In this document: one piece after another, positions 1 to 7,707 of the stretch | Layout: every line of letters begins with the position of its first letter | How positions within the stretch are numbered: the first letter of the stretch is position 1 | From: an uncultured Clostridia bacterium | Lineage (GTDB): Bacteria; Bacillota; Clostridia; Christensenellales; UBA1242 | Assembly: GCA_944381155.1 (NCBI GenBank) | Contig: CALWKA010000002.1 | Location: 40,939-104,938 of the forward strand | Length of the DNA: 64,000 bases | Reading direction: 5' to 3' | The notes under the pieces: model-generated | The model's input: the letters and a program-made list of their open reading frames with translations, nothing else | Database searches by the model: none | What the model was told of the DNA's origin: nothing | Translations under genes and position numbers: made by a program

Positions 1-2
1 AT

Positions 3-599
3 TTTGATGCAAATTGGGGCGGTGGCAACCAAAATGTTTTCTGCCCTGCCACTGAAGATTTTGTGGGATTTTATCCGAACAGCGAACGCGAAGTACAATC
101 ATTGATAAACTTCACACTTCAAGTGAAACCTAGTTTAACTATCTCGTATCACACAAAAGGAAATGTCATTTATTATGGCTTTGAAGGAGAGAACGAAGAA
201 AATCTTGCGCGCGATCAGTCCATCGGAGAAAGTTTTAGCGAACTGACAGGCTATCCATTGATATTGACAGAAAATTCAACCGGCGGATACAAAGATTGGT
301 GTATCCAAAAACTCACCATTCCATCATATACTTTTGAAGTAGGTGACGAAAGTTTGCCACACCCTATAGGAATAGAAAGTTTGCCAGAAATCTATAATAG
401 AAACAAAAAAGTTCCACTTCTCGCCCTTCAAAAAGCAATAGAATACTCAAAAGAAATTGACTTTCGCGATCCTTTTGTGCAAAATATTAATAGAGAGGTA
501 AACACTAATGGATCCAATGAAGAAAGTTACTGCGCTCGCATACTTGGCAAACTCAATAGGAGAAGTGCCCATAGGCGCGGTGATCACGCGCGATGGTAA
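3..599 (+). CDS. M14-family zinc carboxypeptidase (gamma-D-glutamyl-meso-diaminopimelate peptidase-like), C-terminal part; the 5' end lies outside the window
   Basis: The frame is open from base 3 (FDANWGGGNQ...). M14-like motifs SYHTKGNVIYYG and YTFEVG are present. The last ~30 codons overlap tadA and look like read-through. Confidence 0.6.
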   Translation, partial: FDANWGGGNQNVFCPATEDFVGFYPNSEREVQSLINFTLQVKPSLTISYHTKGNVIYYGFEGENEENLARDQSIGESFSELTGYPLILTENSTGGYKDWCIQKLTIPSYTFEVGDESLPHPIGIESLPEIYNRNKKVPLLALQKAIEYSKEIDFRDPFVQNINREVNTNGSNEESYCARILGKLNRRSAHRRGDHARW

Positions 600-948
600 G
601 ATAATATCTAGCGCGCATAACACGCGCGAAAAAGATCAAATAGCGACACATCACGCAGAAATTTTAGCTATCGAAAAGGCGTGCAAAAAACTGAAGTCGT
701 GGCGATTGGATGATTGCGAAATGTATGTCAATCTTGAACCTTGCCCAATGTGTGCTGGCGCAATATTAAACGCACGAATCAAACATTTGTATTTTGCAGT
801 AAAAGATGAAAAATCTGGTGCGATTTCAAAATTCAATATGCTAGAAAACACTCTCAATCACACCACTAGTTTTACTCAACTATATGAATTTGAAGATGAA
901 AACAAAAATCTTATTCAAAATTTTTTCAAATCAAAAAGAAAAAAATAA
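508..948 (+). CDS. tadA: tRNA-specific adenosine deaminase
   Basis: Deaminase motifs HHAEILAI and EPCPMCAGAI; EVPIGAVI near the N-terminus; AGAGAGG Shine-Dalgarno upstream. Confidence 0.9.
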   Translation: MDPMKKVTALAYLANSIGEVPIGAVITRDGKIISSAHNTREKDQIATHHAEILAIEKACKKLKSWRLDDCEMYVNLEPCPMCAGAILNARIKHLYFAVKDEKSGAISKFNMLENTLNHTTSFTQLYEFEDENKNLIQNFFKSKRKK

Positions 949-1016
949 AAATCAATATTCTTTTATATAATTTCAAAACTTTAAATTAAAGTTGTTTATT
1001 ATAAATGTTATTGAAA

Positions 1017-1157
1017 AAAATTAAAGCACTTTGAATTGTATAATCAGAGCAAATACAAATATGATTTTTTAATTACAAACGAAAAAATTAAATTTTTAAA
1101 TTTATATCATCATAATATTTGCAAACTGAAAATTTCAAAATTGAAGTGCTTTAATTT
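1017..1157. repeat. 20-bp imperfect inverted repeat (AAATTAAAGCACTTTGAATT / AATTGAAGTGCTTTAATTT) enclosing about 100 bp between convergent genes
   Basis: The arms at 1017-1036 and 1139-1157 pair over about 20 positions, including 2 G-T pairs. Confidence 0.6.
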
Positions 1158-1183
1158 TATTTATTTTTTAAATTGATGATTTT

Positions 1184-1456
1184 TTATTTTACAATTCTTT
1201 TTAGATTGTCACTCGGCTTGAAGGCGGGCGACTTTCTCGCTTCAATCATCTGCGTTTTCCCCGTCTTGAAACTATACATTGGCTTTGACTTCATTTCGTT
1301 CACTTTGAATTTTCCAAAATTTGATAGAGTGACGCTGTCGCCCTGACTTAACGCATCCTTGATCACTTCAAGAATGACATCTAGGCAAAGTCTACAATCT
1401 TTTTTAGTCAAACCTGATTTCGAATAAACAGCATTGACGAATTCATTTTTATTCAT
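1184..1456 (-). CDS. hup: HU-family nucleoid DNA-binding protein
   Basis: MNKNEFVNAV...FGKFKV...PAFKP pattern typical of HU/IHF. GGAGGG Shine-Dalgarno before the ATG at 1456 (internal Met of the listed ORF). Confidence 0.8.
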   Translation of the reverse strand: MNKNEFVNAVYSKSGLTKKDCRLCLDVILEVIKDALSQGDSVTLSNFGKFKVNEMKSKPMYSFKTGKTQMIEARKSPAFKPSDNLKRIVK

Positions 1457-1510
1457 AATTCCCTCCAAAATTATATTTGCCAATACTGAAATTTTTAAAC
1501 CAAATAAACT

Positions 1511-3019
1511 TTATTTTACCTTATATTTTATCATTGCAAGATCTCTTTTTGTGAAAATCTTTGTCAAAACTAAACTAGCGACATAACTAATACCCGCCAC
1601 CGCTATTGCAAGCAGAGTGTTTGACCAACTATTGTCAAAACCCAGCACAATGATTAATGTCAACAGCATAAAACTATTGCACAAAATCAATTTCCCTATA
1701 AAAATATAATTAAACTTTAAGTTAAAATGTTGTTTGATTTCAAAATGATTTAGCACCATAACTGTAATATAACAAACTAAATTCGAAATCGACAACACAT
1801 AAATATTTAGCACTAAACTTGGCATAAATATTAATTCGATTATAAATTTTAATAACACTGCAATTGCCAAATTTCTGACGCTTGCTATTCGCTCATCAAC
1901 TGCCTGCAAGCAACTAGAATATACCTGACTGATTGCCAAAAAAATTGCACCAAATCCTGATATTGTCAGCAACCTATATGCCACATTTTGCCCGCCTATG
2001 CCCATAGCGTCCAGCCCGTTGCCATACAACAATGTGATTAACCTATCTGGAATGAGCGCAAAGCAAAGCACAAATGGTAGCGTTATAATCAAAATTATTT
2101 TAATTGCCACTCGCAAAACGAAATCTCTATTCTCTTTCGTTTTGGCAGATGTGATGTTAGGCAATATCACACTGGCAATTGCAAAAGAAAATATAGTTGG
2201 CAAACTGACCAAACTAGACACTGCCCCGCTTTCCAAACCATACAAAAAAACAGAAGTTGATTGTTCAAAATTAATATTTAAAAGATTAACCACAAGTATG
2301 CTGTCCACAAAACTCGCAATAGGCACAATAATATTTGTCAATGTGATGGGCAAAATGTCTTTCAACAAATCTTTTATCTCAAGATTGGAATGATTTTGTT
2401 CGTGCAAAATATTTTTTTTGTAATAAATAAACAAAATCAATAATGAGATTAGTTCGCTTGCCACAATACTGATCATTGCACCGATAATGGAAGCTAGCAA
2501 ACTAATGCCAATCAAAGACAAACTCAATATCAATCCAATACACAATTTCACAAATTGTTCAACTATGTTCGACACTGCACTTGGTGTGAAATTTCCAACC
2601 CCCTGAAAATATCCGCGCAACACGCTACAACCACTCACTAAAATAATGCTGGGCGCTAAAATAATATAACAAATACTAATTGATTCTTCTCCTTGCACAC
2701 GCGCAAGCCCTTTGCTACAGCTAATCAAGATAAAGGATAAAATCAAAGAAATGATCATCACAAAAAATAGACATTTTTTTACCACAGCTTTTCCCTGATA
2801 TTTTGATTTTGCTATCACTTTTGAAATCGCCATTGGTAACCCAGCAGTAGCCAGCACTACGCATAACGAATAGAGCGGGAACACCAATTGATATAACCCA
2901 ATTCCTTCCCCGCCCAAAATCCTAGTTAAACCAATTCTATACACTGCACTAAAAATTTTTGCCAATATTGCACCAATGGACAAGACTAATGTCCCTTTCA
3001 TCAAATTATCTTTTTTCAT
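1511..3019 (-). CDS. MOP-superfamily flippase (SpoVB/MurJ-like)
   Basis: 502-aa polytopic membrane protein. The N-terminus KGTLVLSIGAILAKIFSAVYRIGLTRILGGEGIGLYQ is typical of SpoVB/MurJ-type flippases. Confidence 0.7.
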   Translation of the reverse strand: MKKDNLMKGTLVLSIGAILAKIFSAVYRIGLTRILGGEGIGLYQLVFPLYSLCVVLATAGLPMAISKVIAKSKYQGKAVVKKCLFFVMIISLILSFILISCSKGLARVQGEESISICYIILAPSIILVSGCSVLRGYFQGVGNFTPSAVSNIVEQFVKLCIGLILSLSLIGISLLASIIGAMISIVASELISLLILFIYYKKNILHEQNHSNLEIKDLLKDILPITLTNIIVPIASFVDSILVVNLLNINFEQSTSVFLYGLESGAVSSLVSLPTIFSFAIASVILPNITSAKTKENRDFVLRVAIKIILIITLPFVLCFALIPDRLITLLYGNGLDAMGIGGQNVAYRLLTISGFGAIFLAISQVYSSCLQAVDERIASVRNLAIAVLLKFIIELIFMPSLVLNIYVLSISNLVCYITVMVLNHFEIKQHFNLKFNYIFIGKLILCNSFMLLTLIIVLGFDNSWSNTLLAIAVAGISYVASLVLTKIFTKRDLAMIKYKVK

Positions 3020-3194
3020 AATTATATGTTTTGTAAAATATTTAAAATTATGAAAAATAGATTAAAATGCCCTTTATTTTATCATTTCTACAAAATTTTA
3101 TGACATTTTTAGATTAATTTTAAATTTTTTAATTAAAATTGTTGACAAAGCAACAAAATTTATATTATTATAATCGTGCTGATAAGGAGCAAGT

Positions 3195-3641
3195 ATGAAA
3201 AACTTAAATGATAAAAACATATTTTCACTGTTCACAGGTCTTATAACTAATATTTTCAGATGTATCAATAAGATTAAACAAAAATATATGAAATCACTCG
3301 GACTAAAAAGTGGTCATGTGTCTTGTTTGTATTATTTATTCAAATTAGGGCCAATGTCGCATAAAGAACTTTGCACAGTATGTGACGAAAACAAATCAGC
3401 AATTTCTCGAAAAGTGGAATATCTGACTAACCACGACTATATCGTACGAACTCAAGAGGAAGGTAAATATAAATTGCCTATCAAATTATCTAAAAAAGGA
3501 ACGGATATAGCGAAATTTATTGATGATAAAATCAACGAAATTGTCGGCGTTGCAAACGCAGGATTGGGCAACCGCTCTAGACAGATCCTATATTCTAGCT
3601 TGGAGAAAATAAACAATAAATTGAACGAATTAATAAAATAA
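3195..3641 (+). CDS. MarR-family transcriptional regulator
   Basis: 148 aa with a winged-helix pattern (LGLKSGHVSCLYYL...LSKKG). AAGGAG Shine-Dalgarno. First gene of a co-directional cluster. Confidence 0.65.
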   Translation: MKNLNDKNIFSLFTGLITNIFRCINKIKQKYMKSLGLKSGHVSCLYYLFKLGPMSHKELCTVCDENKSAISRKVEYLTNHDYIVRTQEEGKYKLPIKLSKKGTDIAKFIDDKINEIVGVANAGLGNRSRQILYSSLEKINNKLNELIK

Positions 3642-3653
3642 GAGGGGAATAAT

Positions 3654-4505
3654 ATGGCAACTAAAATTATTATCGATTCTGCTTCGGACATTGTAAAAGA
3701 AGAAGCGGATGAATTGGGTATTATTTTGATACCTATGACTATCCGATTTGAAGATGAGGAATATTTAGACGGATATAATATAAGCAAAAAAGAATTTTTT
3801 GAAAAACTAATTGAAAACTCTACCCTACCAAAAACTAGTCAAATCAATCCAGATCGATTCAGTGAAGAGTTCAAAAAAATTGTGGATAATGGAGATGAAG
3901 CGGTGGTAATCACTATATCATCAAAACTATCTGGTACATACTCTAGTGCGGTCAAAGCTAGTGCCGAATTCAAAGATAAAATATTTGTGGTGGACAGTTT
4001 GAATGCTAGTCTAGGAGAGCGTATATTATTCAACTATGCATATAGATTGCTAAAACAAAACAAAAGTGCAAGTGAGATTGCAAACGAACTGAATAGCGCG
4101 AAAAAACGATTGCATTTGTTGGCTATGCTGGACACGCTAAAATATTTGAGAAAAGGTGGGCGAATTTCCGCGCTAGTCGCTTTTGCCGGTGAAATTATGT
4201 CAATAAAACCTGTAATTGCGGTCAAAAATGGCGAAGTAAAACTTGTGGGAAAAGCTATTGGTTCTAAAAAGGCGGGAAATCTTTTGAATAAACTTGTGAA
4301 TGAAAAGGGAATTGATTTTGATATGCCATATTGCGTGGCTTGGTCAGGCTTGGATACAAAACTTTTGGATAAATATGTGGCTGATAGCGAATCGCTGTGG
4401 AAGCACGCAACCAATGAAATTCCAAAGTGTGCTATTGGTAGCACAATTGGCACACATATTGGACCAAACGCTATTGGCGTAGCATTCTTCTCAAAGGAAA
4501 ATTAA
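3654..4505 (+). CDS. DegV-family fatty-acid-binding protein
   Basis: IIIDSASDI N-terminus and STIGTHIGPNAIGVAFF C-terminus, both typical of DegV. Confidence 0.85.
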   Translation: MATKIIIDSASDIVKEEADELGIILIPMTIRFEDEEYLDGYNISKKEFFEKLIENSTLPKTSQINPDRFSEEFKKIVDNGDEAVVITISSKLSGTYSSAVKASAEFKDKIFVVDSLNASLGERILFNYAYRLLKQNKSASEIANELNSAKKRLHLLAMLDTLKYLRKGGRISALVAFAGEIMSIKPVIAVKNGEVKLVGKAIGSKKAGNLLNKLVNEKGIDFDMPYCVAWSGLDTKLLDKYVADSESLWKHATNEIPKCAIGSTIGTHIGPNAIGVAFFSKEN

Positions 4506-4507
4506 CT

Positions 4508-5425
4508 ATGACAATTGGAATACCTAGAGCACTGCTTTATTATAAAAACGAAAAGCTTTGGACAAAATTTTTTGACGAATTGGGCATCAATTATATTATC
4601 AGTCCTGAAACGAACAAAGAGATTATAGAAAACGGGAGCAAATACGCTATAGACGAAACCTGTCTTCCTATCAAAATATTTTTGGGACATATTGATTATC
4701 TGAAAGATAAGTGCGATTGCATATTCATACCGCGAATTGAATCTGATCAAGACAGAGAAACTTGTCTAAACTTCCGTGCACAATACGATTTGGTCAAAAA
4801 TACATTCCGAAATTATAATTTGAAAATTTTGTTTTACAATGATTCGGGACACAAACCGCAAAAAGAAAGCAAAGCTTACAAAAAGCTGTGTAAATTCCTG
4901 CACATTAAAAAAAGTTTAGGCAAATACGCATATTACATTGCAAAACAAACGCAAATGTATTATGAATTTTTTAGATCCGAAAATCAAGAGAAAGTTTTGA
5001 AAGATACCAAGAAAATTAAAGTTTTGCTACTCGCTCACGCGTACAACATTGGGGATAAATATGTGGGCGAACCTATCGTGAATATGCTAGAAAAACTGAA
5101 TGTTCAACCAATCATTGCTGAATATTTTGATAGGAAAAAGTGCATAAAAGCTTCAAAAGCTGTTTCAAAAACTTTGCCATGGTCATACAATCAACATTTG
5201 TTGGGTGCACTAGAATTGTACAAAGATGTTGTTGACGGAGTGATTCTCATCACCACTTACCCTTGCGGTCCAGATAGTATGTGCGATGAAATGATCGTTC
5301 GCCAATATAAAGATGTCCCTATCATCACTTTGACAATTGATGCGCAAGACGCCACTGCCGGCATTGAAACTAGGCTCGAAAGTTTCGTAGATATATTAAA
5401 CTTTAAAAGGAACGGAAAAAAATGA
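4508..5425 (+). CDS. Acyl-CoA dehydratase activase-related protein (DUF2229-like domain)
   Basis: N-terminus IGIPRALLYYKNEKLWTKFFDELGI...DETCLPIKIFLGH matches the conserved opening of CoA-enzyme-activase-associated domains. Starts 3 nt after the degV stop. Confidence 0.55.
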   Translation: MTIGIPRALLYYKNEKLWTKFFDELGINYIISPETNKEIIENGSKYAIDETCLPIKIFLGHIDYLKDKCDCIFIPRIESDQDRETCLNFRAQYDLVKNTFRNYNLKILFYNDSGHKPQKESKAYKKLCKFLHIKKSLGKYAYYIAKQTQMYYEFFRSENQEKVLKDTKKIKVLLLAHAYNIGDKYVGEPIVNMLEKLNVQPIIAEYFDRKKCIKASKAVSKTLPWSYNQHLLGALELYKDVVDGVILITTYPCGPDSMCDEMIVRQYKDVPIITLTIDAQDATAGIETRLESFVDILNFKRNGKK

Positions 5426-6483
5426 ATAATGAAATTATTGCTTGTTTTCCACAATGGGGAAGCTATTATTGTGCGTTTAGATTTTTGTTTGAAAACGGAT
5501 TCGGTGTTAAATATATGACTCCCCCACCCATCACTAAAAATACGATTGAATTGGGAAGCAAACACAGTCCAGACTATGTATGCGTTCCGTTCAAATACTG
5601 CTTGGGTTGCCATATCGAAGCGCTTGAAAAAGGCGCTAATTGTCTAATGCAAATATATGGCGGATGCAGATTAAACTATTATGGGGAATTAGAAGAAAAA
5701 ATTCTAAAAGATTTGGGATATAATTTCAAATTTTTCAATATGGCTGAAATAAATTTCAAATCTCCTAAATCTATATTGCAGAATTTGAAAATTGTGAATC
5801 CTAATGTGTCAATAGTAAAAATCGCAAAAGCATTGCCCGCCACTATAGGCATAATCAAAACTATTGATCGAATGGAAGATTTTATCAGACAAAATGCCGG
5901 GTTCGAACAAAATGAAAATGAAATGGAAGATATTTTTAGTGAATTCAAACAAAAATTGGATAGCACTACAGGTTATAAAGAGTATAAAAAACTGAAAAAA
6001 GAATATTTGAAAAAATTAGCAAATGTGAAAATCAATAAACCAAAAAATCCTATTCGAGTTGGGCTAGTTGGTGATTATTACACTGTGCAAGAACCTTTTA
6101 GCAATTACAATATGGAAAAAGAACTTGAAAAAATGGGAATTGAAGTACATAGAGAGATGAATTTGACAAACACAATAATAAAAAGCAAATATAAATCTTC
6201 TAGAAAAATTGGCAAAAAATATGTCAAATTCAACATTGGTGCAACCGCCAATTATACCGTGGCTGAAGCACTAAAATATGCAAAAAATGGATTGGATGGA
6301 ATCATTCAAGTGAAATCTTTTGGTTGCACTCCCGAACTAAACGCTCAAACAGTTTTGCAAAACATTAGCAAAGATTATAAGATTCCAATACTCCATTTTA
6401 GCTTCGACTCGCAAACGAGCGAAACAGGTATAAAAACGCGTTTGGAAGCATTCTACGATATGCTATCTGCAAAGAAAAAATAG
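5422..6483 (+). CDS. 2-hydroxyacyl-CoA dehydratase/BcrC-BadD-HgdB-like subunit-related protein
   Basis: PDYVCVPFKYCLGCHIEAL and SFGCTPE motifs. 4-nt ATGA overlap with the upstream gene. Confidence 0.5.
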   Translation: MNNEIIACFPQWGSYYCAFRFLFENGFGVKYMTPPPITKNTIELGSKHSPDYVCVPFKYCLGCHIEALEKGANCLMQIYGGCRLNYYGELEEKILKDLGYNFKFFNMAEINFKSPKSILQNLKIVNPNVSIVKIAKALPATIGIIKTIDRMEDFIRQNAGFEQNENEMEDIFSEFKQKLDSTTGYKEYKKLKKEYLKKLANVKINKPKNPIRVGLVGDYYTVQEPFSNYNMEKELEKMGIEVHREMNLTNTIIKSKYKSSRKIGKKYVKFNIGATANYTVAEALKYAKNGLDGIIQVKSFGCTPELNAQTVLQNISKDYKIPILHFSFDSQTSETGIKTRLEAFYDMLSAKKK

Positions 6484-6491
6484 GTGGAAAT

Positions 6492-7442
6492 ATGAAGGGT
6501 TATTTAGGAATAGATATTGGTTCAATCTCTACAAAAGGCGTGGTGATTGATGAAAATAATGAAATTGTCGCAAGTGAATATTTGTGGACAGAAGGCGATC
6601 CTATGGGCGCCGTTAAACGATTGTTAAAAGTGCTTGAAAATCAACTGAATGGAAAAAATATAAAAATTGTATCCGTAGGTACGACCGGAAGTGCGCGCAA
6701 GTTGATAGGCGTTATGACCAATGCTAGTGTAGTAAAAAATGAAATCACAGCGCACGCCGTGGGCACCACTACCCTACATCCTGATGTGAATACTATTTTT
6801 GAAATCGGTGGACAAGATTCAAAAATTATCATTATTGAAAATGGATATGTAGTGGATTACGCTATGAACACTTTATGTGCTGCGGGCACAGGATCTTTCC
6901 TGTCTTCGCAAGCACATAGGCTGGGCGTATCTGTGGAAGAATTTGGAGAGATTGCGCTCAAATCAAAGCATCCTACAAACATTGCTGCAAGATGTACCGT
7001 GTTTGCAGAAAGTGATCTAGTGCATAAAGCTCAAATCGGTCATAGCAAAGAAGACATTATTGCAGGACTATGCAAAGCTGTGGTAACCAATTATTTGAAC
7101 AATATTGGGAAAGGAAAAAAATTTAATCCGCCAATTGTGTTCCAAGGTGGCGTTAGCAAAAATGTTGGTGTAAAGAAGGCTTTTGAAGATGCGGTAGGTC
7201 ACGAAGTCATTGTTGATAAAAACGGGCATTTGATGGGCGCGTTCGGCGTGGCTGTCCTTGCCAAAAATTCTGGAATTGAAAAAGAATTTTCATTTGATGT
7301 GATTGATACCGAATTTAAAACAACAGGTTTTGATTGTCCAAAATGCGCCAATCATTGTGAAATTGTATGCGTATTCAAAGACAACAAACTGATTGATTCG
7401 TGGGGAAATAAATGTGATAATGGTGCAGTTAAAATCAATTAA
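6492..7442 (+). CDS. BadF/BadG/BcrA/BcrD-type ATPase (CoA-substrate-specific enzyme activase)
   Basis: Acetate/sugar-kinase fold motifs GIDIGSISTKGVV, EIGGQDSK, CAAGTGSF. C-terminal Cys cluster CPKCANHCEIVC. Confidence 0.8.
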   Translation: MKGYLGIDIGSISTKGVVIDENNEIVASEYLWTEGDPMGAVKRLLKVLENQLNGKNIKIVSVGTTGSARKLIGVMTNASVVKNEITAHAVGTTTLHPDVNTIFEIGGQDSKIIIIENGYVVDYAMNTLCAAGTGSFLSSQAHRLGVSVEEFGEIALKSKHPTNIAARCTVFAESDLVHKAQIGHSKEDIIAGLCKAVVTNYLNNIGKGKKFNPPIVFQGGVSKNVGVKKAFEDAVGHEVIVDKNGHLMGAFGVAVLAKNSGIEKEFSFDVIDTEFKTTGFDCPKCANHCEIVCVFKDNKLIDSWGNKCDNGAVKIN

Positions 7443-7455
7443 ACTGCACTTTTTC
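7423..7455 (+). terminator. Rho-independent terminator overlapping the activase stop codon
   Basis: GTGCAGTT (7423-7430) pairs with AACTGCAC (7442-7449), followed by a T-run. Confidence 0.7.
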
Positions 7456-7707
7456 TTTTTATGTTTTTTTCAATCAAAATAATTGATTTTTCATAAATTT
7501 TAAAAAATTTTATAAAAAATTAAAAAAAATATAAATTTTACATAAAAAACTAATAAAAATTCGATAAAAATAATTTTTTTATTTTATCTATATCTAACTA
7601 AAATAAGTTAATAAAATAAATAGATAAATAATTATTTAGTTAGTTTAAAATTATTTTATTTGTTATTAGAATAAATTTATGCTATTATCTTTATATTAGG
7701 GGTCGCT

